Virus record (IMG/VR): IMGVR_UViG_3300027741_000038
DNA length: 64,000 nt
Strand: one strand, 5' to 3'
Source of the DNA: an uncultured virus (IMG/VR IMGVR_UViG_3300027741_000038)
Lineage: Duplodnaviria > Heunggongvirae > Uroviricota > Caudoviricetes
Shown one piece after another: positions 16,196 to 26,632 of the stretch (the first letter of the stretch is position 1; each line of letters begins with the position of its first letter). The notes beneath the pieces were generated by a model. That model made no database searches. It was given only the letters and a program-made list of their open reading frames with translations, and was not told the DNA's origin. A program made the position numbers and the translations under genes.

Positions 16196-16813
16196 CTATT
16201 CAAACAAAATATTTCCATCAACATTATTACAAATAGCAGGACTCCAAAGATCTTCATTAATTACGTTTGGATCAATATACCAATCTTCAAAAGGTCTATT
16301 TTCTCCGTGATTTATATTTTCTGCAATTAATTTATAACCGTGTGTTTCAAGAATATTTTTTGCTGTATCTTTATGTTTATGATTATCTGGCCAATTAGTA
16401 TCATAAATATCATGCTCAAAAGTTATAACCGAAAAGCGATATTCTTCAAAAGGCATTCTAAGTAAAACCGCTAAAGTGTTTTCAGCTGGTTCAATGTCAA
16501 GTTGCAAATAATCAATTTGTTTTGGTGCACTGTATTCTTTAAATAAATCAAAATAATCTGCTGTTGTTGCATCAAGTGTTAAACACGGATTATTTCTAGA
16601 TTTAAAGTTATCCGCACATTCTGATTTAATTTCTATGCCAAAGCCTTTCCACATATATTCTTGTTCAAGGTTGTATGTGTTAGAATCTATCCACGGATCA
16701 AATGCGCCAATTTCTACGTAGTATCCATCTTTTTTCCAATTAGTCATATTAAGAACAAATGATTCTTGTCCCGCTTGTGATTGTGAGCCAGCTTGTTTTT
16801 TTAGATTACCCAT
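16196..16813 (-). CDS. FkbM-like SAM methyltransferase
   Basis: SQAGQE, YVEIGA, SNTY.LE, IDYLQLDIE, ITFEH, EDWY. Confidence 0.8.
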   Translation of the reverse strand: MGNLKKQAGSQSQAGQESFVLNMTNWKKDGYYVEIGAFDPWIDSNTYNLEQEYMWKGFGIEIKSECADNFKSRNNPCLTLDATTADYFDLFKEYSAPKQIDYLQLDIEPAENTLAVLLRMPFEEYRFSVITFEHDIYDTNWPDNHKHKDTAKNILETHGYKLIAENINHGENRPFEDWYIDPNVINEDLWSPAICNNVDGNILFE

Positions 16814-16829
16814 TATTTAATTATACCTC

Positions 16830-17162
16830 CTAATACTTGCTTTTGTCAATGGCAATTTTAAGTAAGATTAAATAACCAATTAAATCATCAATATCATTGT
16901 CTCCCGCAAATCCTTGATTGTTTTTTACACGATTAATCTTGTCATCAATTCTAATTTTAATCTGCTCAATACTATCAGATTGTGCAAATATTCTAACTGG
17001 ACTGAGTGCTGAATCTCCATATGAAACATTTTTTTTAATAAGCATTTCCATAATCTCTAGGCATGCTACTATAATCTTACTACCTGAAGGTGCTCCAGTA
17101 GCAATTAATTGAAGATCTGTAATCCAAGATTGATATCCGCTTTTATCTGGATAATCCGACAT
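16830..17162 (-). CDS. DUF1599-like nucleotide-modification-associated protein
   Basis: KKNVSYGDS...RIDDKINR...DDLIGYLIL. Confidence 0.75.
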   Translation of the reverse strand: MSDYPDKSGYQSWITDLQLIATGAPSGSKIIVACLEIMEMLIKKNVSYGDSALSPVRIFAQSDSIEQIKIRIDDKINRVKNNQGFAGDNDIDDLIGYLILLKIAIDKSKY

Positions 17163-17824
17163 TATAATTCCTCTCTATACAACATTTTAAGACCATTTAC
17201 TGTTCCAATATCTAGGTACTTGCCTTGTGCAACTACCGCTTTTACATCCTTACCTTCATTAACCCAATCCATAATTTGAACGCCTGGATTTGGAAGCTCT
17301 TCATCAATATAAGTATTTTGTACAGCCATCGCTCCCCACATATAATTATAATCACAGCCTGGGGTCTTGTCAAGAGCATCAATAACTCTGTTAAACTCAT
17401 CAAACTTAATCTGCCCAACTCTGCCTTTGATATCTTCATGACATTCGAATGCTGCTAATGTTACGTCTGCATCAGACCAAGCAAGTTGTCTGTAAAAATC
17501 TCCGTCAGAACCTGGCATATAAGTATCTGGCATACCAATAATGTATTTAGAGTTTGGGTTAACCATCATTTTAACTAATGCATCTGACATTGTTGAAGGT
17601 TCAATTTCATATACAACTGCTGTCGGTGGCAAATCCATTTGATTTACAATAGGAAGCCATGATTTTCTAGTTGATATCTTTACTATGTCGCAAACCTTAA
17701 GCATTTGCTCTACATGCCATTGTAATATATTCTGCTGATCAGTTAATGGTAAACAAAACTTTGGGATCCCGCCCAATCTTGATGCACTTCCAGAAGCAGG
17801 TAGTAAACCAATTACCGCAGCCAT
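17162..17824 (-). CDS. sugar-1-phosphate nucleotidyltransferase-like protein
   Basis: LPASGSASRL..PKFCLP, GMPDT, YLDIGT. Confidence 0.85.
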   Translation of the reverse strand: MAAVIGLLPASGSASRLGGIPKFCLPLTDQQNILQWHVEQMLKVCDIVKISTRKSWLPIVNQMDLPPTAVVYEIEPSTMSDALVKMMVNPNSKYIIGMPDTYMPGSDGDFYRQLAWSDADVTLAAFECHEDIKGRVGQIKFDEFNRVIDALDKTPGCDYNYMWGAMAVQNTYIDEELPNPGVQIMDWVNEGKDVKAVVAQGKYLDIGTVNGLKMLYREEL

Positions 17825-18465
17825 TCTTGAGCCCTTCTACGATCAATATTCCAAACACCATTAATCTTAAAGTCTTGTTCTTTCTTTTGATTAAAGTATG
17901 CTTCATTTACAAAAAATGTTTCATTGTTTCTATTCTTTAACTTTTCATCACTATTAATAGTTTGAGACGCACCATCTGGCACATTAACTTTTATAGTACC
18001 ATTTACATAGCCGTCTTTTACACTTGAGCGCATAACTCTTTCATAGTAGTCATTGTCTTCAAAGTAAATTGGATAAAAGAATTCATCAAATAAACCAACT
18101 TCTCTTACAATATTTTCTCCAATTGAAAAACAGCTCCAGCCCTCTACTGTCATAACAAGTTTTTCTTTTCCACTTGCACGATTTAATTCTTCAAGAGATC
18201 CTGGAACCCAATGTGTATCTGCTGATGAAAACATCCAGTATTCTTCATGTGGATAAAGTTTTATGGTTAGGTTCCAAGAACCAGACATGCCAAGATTTGA
18301 CGGCAGATTAAGTACTCTTACATTTAAATCTTTACGCTTAGGCTCATATGGCTCTTTGCCATTATTTAATATTAATATTTCTTTAACTGGATAATCAATT
18401 GTTTCTAAGTTTTGATCTAACAGATCATATCTATTTAAAACTGGTATAGCTAATACTGGTATCAC
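17812..18465 (-). CDS. family 2 glycosyltransferase
   Basis: IPVLN, NLG.SGSWN, VGLFDE.FYPIYFEDND. Confidence 0.85.
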   Translation of the reverse strand: MIPVLAIPVLNRYDLLDQNLETIDYPVKEILILNNGKEPYEPKRKDLNVRVLNLPSNLGMSGSWNLTIKLYPHEEYWMFSSADTHWVPGSLEELNRASGKEKLVMTVEGWSCFSIGENIVREVGLFDEFFYPIYFEDNDYYERVMRSSVKDGYVNGTIKVNVPDGASQTINSDEKLKNRNNETFFVNEAYFNQKKEQDFKINGVWNIDRRRAQEWLR

Positions 18466-18623
18466 TTAGTCCATTTTCTTTGCTGTTTAATTAGACCCCA
18501 TCTTTGCAAGGATCTTTGAATAGTCATATGGCTACATTTAGCTTCCATCGCCATATCTAAAATGCTTTTTTTTTCTATAACGTAGCGCTTATAGCACCAG
18601 TCTTTACTATCATATAATTTCAT
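18462..18623 (-). CDS. 53-aa HTH DNA-binding protein (not in ORF track)
   Basis: MKLYDSKDWCYKRYVIEKKSILDMAMEAKCSHMTIQRSLQRWGLIK...; overlaps both neighbours. Confidence 0.75.
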   Translation of the reverse strand: MKLYDSKDWCYKRYVIEKKSILDMAMEAKCSHMTIQRSLQRWGLIKQQRKWTK

Positions 18624-19167
18624 TGACCGCATACCAAGCTATCCCCGCCGCATCAGCAACATTATCGGACTGAGTTTCAATGCCCAGCGTTCTACTAAAA
18701 TCAATAGTGCGTTGCTTTCTACGCTCTCTGATTTTTCCTTTAATCCAGGTATCGGATTTGTCTGGGAACTCATTTTTTATCGCCTGCTTTTCTGTTTTAT
18801 TAAAATTTTTGTTGCCTATATAAGATTGCCAGGTTATAGGATGAACCTCAACCACTTGCATATTATCACTGAGTAACTCTCCCATTATAGCACCAAATAC
18901 GTATGCCATCTTTATTCCCGTGTGAACTGATTTCACTGATATAGCTGCTTCTATGACTACAAAATCTGTATCAAGCTCTTTTTTAAAAGCTTTTATCTTT
19001 CTTTTTGCATCAAGAATTCTTTGATATACATCTCCTCCATCAAAAGTAATCTCTCCCCATTTTATTGGCTTTTTGCCATCCATCAAGCAAAAAGCAATAC
19101 TATTTGTACTGGCATCTATTCCAAGTACTTTCCCAGATCTTTTATTGATTAATTTTGCCAGAGACAC
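18610..19167 (-). CDS. ruvC: RuvC-like Holliday junction resolvase
   Basis: LGIDAS, VVIE, DNVADA.GIA acidic residues. Confidence 0.85.
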   Translation of the reverse strand: MSLAKLINKRSGKVLGIDASTNSIAFCLMDGKKPIKWGEITFDGGDVYQRILDAKRKIKAFKKELDTDFVVIEAAISVKSVHTGIKMAYVFGAIMGELLSDNMQVVEVHPITWQSYIGNKNFNKTEKQAIKNEFPDKSDTWIKGKIRERRKQRTIDFSRTLGIETQSDNVADAAGIAWYAVNEII

Positions 19168-19441
19168 TTTTTACCATTTCTACCAAAGCTTTTCTTTCTT
19201 TTTCTTTTTTAGCGCTTTGACATTTATCGCAAATACGACCTTCATTATATCTGCTAAGTATGACAGTGCAGCCTGTAGTTTTACAGATTCTTTTAGCCCC
19301 CGCAAGTCTTGCTTTCTTTTCATAATAAGCTTCTTTTAATTTTTGATTTGTTGCTATTCGGCAACACTCATCAGAACAATATTTTTGATTGTGTGTTTTA
19401 GACTCAAACTCATTATTACATTCATTATAAGCACATATCAC
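19142..19441 (-). CDS. zinc-finger protein
   Basis: Multiple Cys pairs, QKYCSDEC. Confidence 0.7.
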   Translation of the reverse strand: MICAYNECNNEFESKTHNQKYCSDECCRIATNQKLKEAYYEKKARLAGAKRICKTTGCTVILSRYNEGRICDKCQSAKKEKERKALVEMVKSVSGKINQ

Positions 19442-20226
19442 TTTGTAAGTACCAACGGTTCTATGTAAATATCGCCTTCTTCATTTTTCATGTCTTTCCA
19501 GCAAACTGTTTTAACTGGACAGCCTTTACAAGCCCATTGAGATTTTGTAAATGTTCTTTCTGGAAGAGTGTTGGCTTCGTATGCACCATAAACTTTTCTC
19601 ATCCAGTCCCATACACCATCTACAAGGTTTTTATTTTTTTCATCCATATTAATTGGAACAATTAAAAAACTATTATCATTTTTATTTTCATAAAAGAAAA
19701 AACCCTGTTGTGCTCCACGAATCTTCATATATGTAAGTAGTTGAACTTTGTGATATGGCAAACCATCCATCTCCGCTTGCCTAATATCAAATATTTCTTG
19801 TTTAGCAGATTTAATTTCTCCTACTACCTCTTTGCCGTTCCATTCAATAAAAGTGTCTGCAAATCCTCTAATCGGTGGATCATCATTGGTAACTTCAATT
19901 TCATTTGCTCTAAATACTGACGTTTTAGCCATATTCTTTTGAATCCTATCATGGACATACGTACCGTTATCCATATTAGAGATACCCATAGCATCGGTTT
20001 CATTTGTAAACTCTGCACCATTAAAAGCAATGAACCAATATCTAGGGCAGTTACCATTACCATAACCAACACCACTAGGGCTAAATGTCTTTTTTTGTGT
20101 AAATTCGTTTGGTCTTTTACCACTTAATACCGCCTCCTCGTACATTTCTGCAAACTTAATTGGATCAAATCCTTCTGGATCATTTATTTTTTTAAACTTA
20201 AGATTAGCTATTATATCTCTTCCCAT
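19438..20226 (-). CDS. Cas4-like (PD-(D/E)XK) exonuclease
   Basis: SPS..CPR, GT.VH, G.AD, EIKS, Q...Y, C-x2-CP-x4-C Fe-S motif. Confidence 0.85.
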   Translation of the reverse strand: MGRDIIANLKFKKINDPEGFDPIKFAEMYEEAVLSGKRPNEFTQKKTFSPSGVGYGNGNCPRYWFIAFNGAEFTNETDAMGISNMDNGTYVHDRIQKNMAKTSVFRANEIEVTNDDPPIRGFADTFIEWNGKEVVGEIKSAKQEIFDIRQAEMDGLPYHKVQLLTYMKIRGAQQGFFFYENKNDNSFLIVPINMDEKNKNLVDGVWDWMRKVYGAYEANTLPERTFTKSQWACKGCPVKTVCWKDMKNEEGDIYIEPLVLTK

Positions 20227-20552
20227 TATGCCCCATATCTAGCAGAATACTTTAGGGCATCTACTAATTTATTAATTGCTTCTTCTGCTGTATAGTACAC
20301 ATTTTTTTTCTTTGCATTCTCCCCACCTTTTTCAAAGGTGGTATAAAATCTAGATAGCATCGCAAATTTTGCACTCAAAGCTTGCATTTTAATTATAAGG
20401 TCTGGAGCTTTAGAAGAGGGAACATCTGGTTTTGCAATAAGCTTAATTATAAGGTCAAGTGCATAATCAAGATCTGAGTCTCCCATAAACTCTTTCATAT
20501 CATTAAATTCTGTAATTTCGTTTATAATATCAATTGTTGATTTATCTGTCAT
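20226..20552 (-). CDS. hypothetical helical protein (possible recombination mediator)
   Basis: Coupled ORF in the recombination operon. Confidence 0.6.
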   Translation of the reverse strand: MTDKSTIDIINEITEFNDMKEFMGDSDLDYALDLIIKLIAKPDVPSSKAPDLIIKMQALSAKFAMLSRFYTTFEKGGENAKKKNVYYTAEEAINKLVDALKYSARYGA

Positions 20553-20731
20553 TCAAGAATCCTAACTACAAATTGACATGGGTCTCCGCCATCTTCCCAT
20601 TCTTTTTCTTCTTCTTCAGATATAGGGGGAATTCCATCATGAGTTGCACATACAACATCAGAAATCCAGCCACGTTCTACGCCATTATTAAACCAAATTT
20701 GAAACTCGTCAAGATCTTTTTCTTCAATCAT
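20549..20731 (-). CDS. hypothetical protein
   Basis: GWIS..C.THDG.P...DPC. Confidence 0.65.
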   Translation of the reverse strand: MIEEKDLDEFQIWFNNGVERGWISDVVCATHDGIPPISEEEEKEWEDGGDPCQFVVRILE

Positions 20732-21032
20732 TATGTGTCTCCCAACACTCTATCAACTGCTCTAGTAGTGCCCATTCTATTACCGCAAGCCTTGTTTTTT
20801 TAGATTCTTCGCCAAGTATGAGCTTAAGGACTGGATATTTATTCCTATCAACTTTAAAAGTATCTGTGCAAATTTTTGCCCAAATACTTTGCGAGATGGA
20901 GATGCTTTTTGAGTACTCTTTATAATCAACCAAAAAATTATGCCATTGAGCATCTCCTTTTTGATAGTCACCACGACCACTATTTTTTTGCCTTTTTGCG
21001 CCATCTCTTTTAATTTCACCACGTTCTGACAT
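20724..21032 (-). CDS. small PD-(D/E)XK nuclease/resolvase-like protein
   Basis: E...NSG...KGD...VDYKE. Confidence 0.7.
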   Translation of the reverse strand: MSERGEIKRDGAKRQKNSGRGDYQKGDAQWHNFLVDYKEYSKSISISQSIWAKICTDTFKVDRNKYPVLKLILGEESKKTRLAVIEWALLEQLIECWETHND

Positions 21033-21229
21033 TAAACAGCCACGCTAGAATGGTGTCCTCGTGAACAAGTCCACATTAATTTATTATTAATTTTATCAAT
21101 ATGTCCTTCATAAATAACTTCATCACAATCTTCATGTTGACATGAAAATGATCCACTTGCAGGCTCTAAATTAATATAATTAACTTTATCATTAATTTTT
21201 TTGTTTAAAAAATTTTCAAGATTTGTCAT
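21032..21229 (-). CDS. small zinc-ribbon protein
   Basis: CQHEDC...WTCSRGH. Confidence 0.65.
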   Translation of the reverse strand: MTNLENFLNKKINDKVNYINLEPASGSFSCQHEDCDEVIYEGHIDKINNKLMWTCSRGHHSSVAV

Positions 21230-22214
21230 AAATTTTCTCCTGTAATTCTTTTACTACATTTAAATTATTTCTAAGGTAGTCTACTGTCTTTGCTCTTCCT
21301 TGAAATCTTTCTTCACCAACTGTATACCAAGCACCGCCTTTTTGAACAATACCCATCATCTCAGCAACATCAAGGACTTCTCCAACACTGTCAACCCCAA
21401 GAGTTTCCCCTTGATAGTAGAAATCGTATTGACCCGAAAGGTTGGGGGGTCCAAGCTTATTATAGTCAATAATCCAGTTAACTGGTCTTCCAACCCTTTG
21501 TTCAATAATCTTATCGCCAACTTGTATGCCAGACTTAATGGCATTTGCTTCGGCTTCTGATGACCACAATTTAATAATTGTGGAAGAGAAAAATTTAACA
21601 GCCATTCCTCCTGTTGGAATGTGAGAGGCATGCATAGATCCAAATTGATTCCTCTGCTGGGAAATAAGTACAAGAAGTGTATTTTTATTTGCATAGTTAA
21701 GCATTTTGACTGCATGTGTCATGTCCTTTGCTTCTGCACCAATCTGCTTGGTGTCTTCAAGTTTTTTTAACTCTGTACTATCTTTTTCAAAATAAATTGC
21801 TGGTAGTAGTGCTGAAATAGAGTCTACTACAATTATGTCAACCCCAGCTTCCATAAGCTGAGTTGCAATATCTACCATATCATTAATTGATTTTGCTTGT
21901 GAATAGATAAGTGAATCTGAATCAACACCAAGCGTTTTAGCCCAAGCAACATCGTAAGATGCTTCTGCATCAACCCAAGCGCAAGTTTTACCATTTTTTT
22001 GTGCATCTGCAATCATCTGCAAACAAAAAGAAGATTTACCTGCTGATTTATTTCCCCAAACCATTACTTGACGACCAAAACCTAAGCCGCCCTTTAATGC
22101 AAGGTTCAAACCAATGCTAGGAGTCTTTTGTTTTTCTACGCTTACTTTTGTTGCTAATTGGACTCTTGCCCGTGTCTTGGGGTCTAGCTTTGCTAGAATC
22201 TCTTCCGTTATCAT
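21216..22214 (-). CDS. recA: RecA/UvsX recombinase
   Basis: GNKSAGKS, VDAE, IVVDS, ISQQR, TGGMAVKFFSS, GAWY. Confidence 0.95.
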   Translation of the reverse strand: MITEEILAKLDPKTRARVQLATKVSVEKQKTPSIGLNLALKGGLGFGRQVMVWGNKSAGKSSFCLQMIADAQKNGKTCAWVDAEASYDVAWAKTLGVDSDSLIYSQAKSINDMVDIATQLMEAGVDIIVVDSISALLPAIYFEKDSTELKKLEDTKQIGAEAKDMTHAVKMLNYANKNTLLVLISQQRNQFGSMHASHIPTGGMAVKFFSSTIIKLWSSEAEANAIKSGIQVGDKIIEQRVGRPVNWIIDYNKLGPPNLSGQYDFYYQGETLGVDSVGEVLDVAEMMGIVQKGGAWYTVGEERFQGRAKTVDYLRNNLNVVKELQEKIYDKS

Positions 22215-22371
22215 TCATGCTCTTCTCTAATTCGTGGGCCAACTCTATAACCTGCTTACTCTTACTTGTTGATAAAAAGTCTATTATGTTATAGATTGCC
22301 TTTTCATCTTCTGCTCTAATTACAAGCAGATACTCACCTTCTGTTCCTTTAAGGATATACGATTGAGTCAT
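22117..22371 (-). CDS. hypothetical protein
   Basis: ATG 8 nt after TGGTATAAT; 3' end overlaps recA. Confidence 0.6.
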   Translation of the reverse strand: MTQSYILKGTEGEYLLVIRAEDEKAIYNIIDFLSTSKSKQVIELAHELEKSMNDNGRDSSKARPQDTGKSPISNKSKRRKTKDS

Positions 22372-22391
22372 ATAACTCAATTATACCAAAC

Positions 22392-22604
22392 TTATTCATT
22401 TTCTGTTTGTGGTGTTTCTGCCAATTCAAATCTAATAATTTTGCTATCTGGATTTTGATCCACAGCAATACTTTTAGATGAATAATTATCTAACAATTCT
22501 TCTACTGAAAGCTCAATAGAACCTAATTTATTTAATATTGCAGCAATAATTTGCTCAATACTAATATTAAAATTGTTAATATTGTCGTTTGTCTCTTCAG
22601 TCAT
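22392..22604 (-). CDS. hypothetical protein
   Basis: Coupled to the dnaE stop; GGAGG SD. Confidence 0.65.
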   Translation of the reverse strand: MTEETNDNINNFNISIEQIIAAILNKLGSIELSVEELLDNYSSKSIAVDQNPDSKIIRFELAETPQTENE

Positions 22605-25600
22605 TAGCCTACCTCCTTTACGTATACTGTTCCATCTTCCATTTCAGCAATTGCAGGATCGCATATCTTTCCCGCCTGCATTTTACCCAGAGCTTTTGTG
22701 TAAAGTTTTGGAAAAACAATAACACGCTCTAAACTTTTATCCGCATCTGACAAGATAATATGAGCCATCATTTTATTAGCTTTTGTTTTGTAATGTGTAA
22801 AATCAAGAACTAATCTTTTTCCTGATTCAATCTTTAATTTATCTCTGTAAAGCCATTGAACAAATGGATCATCTATCTTATTTACCACATCATCAATTGT
22901 TAAATACTTATGAATACGGTTATCTCCTACTAAGAAGAAATACATCATTCCCGCCTCAATCTTAGTATTAACCTCATGAAAAATACCTACCGAGCCTGTA
23001 TCATCTACAAGCTCAATTCTAGACCATGTAGGGCCTTTCTTAATTGATTTAACCATAGCAAGTAATACAAAACAACCACTTTCAAGAAAGTCTTGCAAAG
23101 GATTAACCTGTGCTTTAATCTTTGGCGTTAACTTACCAGTATCAAACTTTGGAATTCCAAGGTACTCATATAGGTTTTCATTTTCATTTCCAAGGCGTGG
23201 GTTGTCTGGAAAAGCTGAAGCACCAATCATATTAAGAGACTCTAAAGCTCTTGAGTTGATTCCGCTACCTTTTTCTTTAGCTTTTTCTGTAAACTCTGCA
23301 TATGTTTTGAAAGGTCTTAAAGCAGTTATTTTACTTCCAATGTTATCAGAAATATATTTAATATTTGACAAACCAAATCTTATTGAGTTTCCTTGAATGC
23401 TAAAGTCAAGATCAGATTCATTTACATGGGGTAGTAATACCTTAATTCCCAATCGCTTAGCCTCAAGGAGGTAGTCTGTTCTGGCATCTTTGTCTTTTTC
23501 ATTTTTAAGAATGGCAAACATAAACTCAAGAGGATAATAACATTTAAGCCAAGCCGTATAATAAGAGAGCATAGAATAAGCAATAGCGTGGGAACGATTA
23601 AAAGAATAACCTGCGTGAGCTTCAAAATCATGCCAAAGCTTTGCCGCATCCTCTGGTGTAATATGATTTGAAGCGCCTGTGATAAACTGTTCTTTATATA
23701 CGTCAAACTCTTTTGCATCTTTCTTCTTTCCAATAATCTTTCTAACCTTATCAGCATCAGCCCATGACATTCCGCCTAAGTGTACGCAAGCCTGCATAAC
23801 CTGCTCCTGATAAATAATAACTCCATATGTTCTTGCAGTAAACTCTTGCATAATTGGGTGAGCGTATGTAACCATTTCTTCACCACGCTTACGCCTAATG
23901 TAAGCACCACCTACAGTATTCATAGCACCTGGACGAACCAAAGCGTTAGATGCTGCAAGATCTTCAAACTTATCTACACCCATCTTAATAAGAAGGTTTG
24001 TGTATGGCGTTGCTTCTGCTTGAAACACTCCCTTTGTAAAACCATTTGAAAGGTTTTCATAAACCTTTGGGTCATCAAACTTAATATCCTTAAGATTAAT
24101 ATCTTTCTTTTTTACGTGTTTGATTGTTCTAATTGCATCATCAATAACAGATAATGTTTTTAGCCCAAGTACGTCAAGCTTGATAAGTCCTAGGTCTGCT
24201 GTTTGATCCATATCATATGCAACAACTGGAATACGACCTGATATTGAATCATTTGGATCTTTGCGTGTTTCAATAGGAACATACTTACTAATGTCATCTT
24301 TTGCAACTACAACTCCCGCTGCATGCATACCATTTCCACGAATTTTTCCACGAAGCATAGAAGCATACTTAGTCACTTCAGGATACTTGGTGCGAAACTC
24401 TTGTGTACTTTGACTTGATTCATATTCTTCAAATGTTTCAACACCCTTAAGTGCTCTATCTACTTCGCCAAGTGGCACAAGCAAAGCTCTAGCAACGTCT
24501 CTTACAACACCTTTATCCTTAAAATACTGGTATGTAGAAATAGAAGCAACGTGTTTAAACTTCTTGCGAAGATATTCTTTAACTTCTCCACGGCGACGAT
24601 CCATAAAGTCTGTATCAATATCGGGAAAGTCATTACGTTCTGGGTTAATAAATCTAAAGAACAGCAAATCGTATTCAATTGGATCTACCTCTGTAATACC
24701 CAAAAGATAACATACTAAAGATCCTGCTGCTGATCCTCTTCCTGGTCCAACAAGGATTTCATTTGTTTTTGCCCAACCAACCATATCGCTGACAACAAGG
24801 AAATAGCTAGCAAAGTTTTTATCGGAAATAACTTGGAGCTCTTCTTTAAGTCTTTCTTTATACGCTTCATCTTGTAACCCCTTTTCTTCTAGCGCTTTGT
24901 TACACATATCTTTTAATGTCTTTAATGCATTCTTTTTAGGAACTGGAAGTAAATCTAAGTTCTCATGAAAATCATATATGTCAATCTTGTCAGCAATCTC
25001 TACTGATGTTTGATAAATGTCTTCTCTTGTAATCCCCGCTTTTTTAAAGTCCGCTTTAATCTCATCATAGGATTGAATATAAACGTTAATATCAGCGAAA
25101 GAGATAGGGCGATTGGGATAAAAATAATCAAACCTATCAATAAGATTAGTATGTACACGACCACTTGCATGGTCTGCTTCTTTATTTTGAGCTGGTTTAG
25201 TAGAAAGGATAAGAAGTAATTCTTCCAAATCTCTTTCTTCTTTTTTAGCAAAATGACAATCTCCTGTAGCAACTGGCTGTATCCCCAATTCATCAGCAAT
25301 CTTTAACAATTCTGAATTTAAATTATCTGGGTTATGAGCTTGTACTTCTATATAGAAATCTTTTTCAAAACGTGTTTTAAATGTTTTAGCAATATCTTTT
25401 GCTTTATCATTTTCTCCACGCTCAATAGCCTTTGATATAAGACCATTCATGCAACCAGATATTACAATTATACCGTCACCGTACTCAAATAGTACTTCCA
25501 TATCAATACGTGGCTTATGATAATAACCTTCAGTCCAAGCAATCTGTGAAAGCTTTTGAAGGTTCTTAACTCCTAAGTCATCTTTTGCAAGCAAGATAAT

Positions 25601-25879
25601 GTGATTGTATAGAGATGTATTATCATCACGCTTTGAAACTGCTCTCTTGTCAAACCTATCTGTTGAAGATATATACGCTTCTAGACCAAGTATTGGTTTC
25701 ATCCCCAGCTCTTTTGCAGCAATCTGCATATCTCTATGTGCTGCTAAAGATCCGTGATCTGTGATAGCCAAACATGTCTGACTTTGATTTTTTGCAGCCT
25801 CAAGTAATTCATGGGGTGTATTTAAACCATCCATAAGCGAATAGTGCGAATGGACATGCAAATGAACAAAGTCAGACAT
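22604..25879 (-). CDS. dnaE: DNA polymerase III alpha subunit (family C)
   Basis: PHP HLHVHSHYSLMDG, GRGSAAGS, PDIDTDF, HAAGVV, YSFNRSH. Confidence 0.97.
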   Translation of the reverse strand: MSDFVHLHVHSHYSLMDGLNTPHELLEAAKNQSQTCLAITDHGSLAAHRDMQIAAKELGMKPILGLEAYISSTDRFDKRAVSKRDDNTSLYNHIILLAKDDLGVKNLQKLSQIAWTEGYYHKPRIDMEVLFEYGDGIIVISGCMNGLISKAIERGENDKAKDIAKTFKTRFEKDFYIEVQAHNPDNLNSELLKIADELGIQPVATGDCHFAKKEERDLEELLLILSTKPAQNKEADHASGRVHTNLIDRFDYFYPNRPISFADINVYIQSYDEIKADFKKAGITREDIYQTSVEIADKIDIYDFHENLDLLPVPKKNALKTLKDMCNKALEEKGLQDEAYKERLKEELQVISDKNFASYFLVVSDMVGWAKTNEILVGPGRGSAAGSLVCYLLGITEVDPIEYDLLFFRFINPERNDFPDIDTDFMDRRRGEVKEYLRKKFKHVASISTYQYFKDKGVVRDVARALLVPLGEVDRALKGVETFEEYESSQSTQEFRTKYPEVTKYASMLRGKIRGNGMHAAGVVVAKDDISKYVPIETRKDPNDSISGRIPVVAYDMDQTADLGLIKLDVLGLKTLSVIDDAIRTIKHVKKKDINLKDIKFDDPKVYENLSNGFTKGVFQAEATPYTNLLIKMGVDKFEDLAASNALVRPGAMNTVGGAYIRRKRGEEMVTYAHPIMQEFTARTYGVIIYQEQVMQACVHLGGMSWADADKVRKIIGKKKDAKEFDVYKEQFITGASNHITPEDAAKLWHDFEAHAGYSFNRSHAIAYSMLSYYTAWLKCYYPLEFMFAILKNEKDKDARTDYLLEAKRLGIKVLLPHVNESDLDFSIQGNSIRFGLSNIKYISDNIGSKITALRPFKTYAEFTEKAKEKGSGINSRALESLNMIGASAFPDNPRLGNENENLYEYLGIPKFDTGKLTPKIKAQVNPLQDFLESGCFVLLAMVKSIKKGPTWSRIELVDDTGSVGIFHEVNTKIEAGMMYFFLVGDNRIHKYLTIDDVVNKIDDPFVQWLYRDKLKIESGKRLVLDFTHYKTKANKMMAHIILSDADKSLERVIVFPKLYTKALGKMQAGKICDPAIAEMEDGTVYVKEVG

Positions 25880-25903
25880 GTTTAACTTTCTGTTAGTTAT
25901 TTA

Positions 25904-26581
25904 TTACCACTCAACGGCTGATGAGGTGGATGACGCTTCTGCGCTTGATGAGTCAGAAGTAATTCCTAGATAGAAATTCTCCTGCTCTGAATACTGAACA
26001 TCACGAACTGCTGTCTTAGCAAGATCAAATAGTTCATACTTGTCAAAATCAATTTCTGCTGCATTTGCTGTAGGCAAAGGAATAATTGAATAGTTGGTAT
26101 CAGTCTTCTCACCTGTACGCTTTAGCTTCCAGTTAAGATTTGTAATACTTCCTGTCTCACCTGCATAAGCAACAACTTCTTGTGTTGCTGACTTAGGACC
26201 AACGCCCTGTGAGAAGATTGCGACATACGGTTCTTCTGCTCCGTCATCAACTAGCACGTTAGCGTAAAAACGCTGACGACCTTTCCAACCAGCCTTTGGA
26301 TCACGACGATGCATTTCGCATCCGTAGCAACGACCTTGATCTTCAATTGTGCAAAGCGCCTTGCGCTTATAATCATGTGGATTTGTGTGTTCAATTGCAA
26401 TAAAAGCAAGTCCAGCTTTTTCAACATATGTTGCTGAGTCTGCATCAATTTCTTGCATGAAGCGAATTTTTAACGATTGACCATCTTTAAGTTGTAGCCA
26501 TCTTCCTTTTTGCGAATCACCTGAGTGTGATTTTTGTTCCATTTGAAGGTTCATAGCCTTCAAGCCTGTTACTATACCCAT
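25904..26581 (-). CDS. single-stranded DNA-binding protein (gp32-like)
   Basis: H..C..CYGC zinc site, KRTG..TDTNY, low-complexity tail ending in EW; between primase and polymerase. Confidence 0.75.
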   Translation of the reverse strand: MGIVTGLKAMNLQMEQKSHSGDSQKGRWLQLKDGQSLKIRFMQEIDADSATYVEKAGLAFIAIEHTNPHDYKRKALCTIEDQGRCYGCEMHRRDPKAGWKGRQRFYANVLVDDGAEEPYVAIFSQGVGPKSATQEVVAYAGETGSITNLNWKLKRTGEKTDTNYSIIPLPTANAAEIDFDKYELFDLAKTAVRDVQYSEQENFYLGITSDSSSAEASSTSSAVEW

Positions 26582-26632
26582 TTATTTCTCCTTGTGTAGT
26601 GGACCATATTGTGTCCTGTTATTAACATTATA

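Noticed and set aside
19438..20226. Cas4 as evidence of a CRISPR-Cas system
   Set aside because: Solo Cas4-like nuclease in a recombination operon; no array or other cas genes in the window
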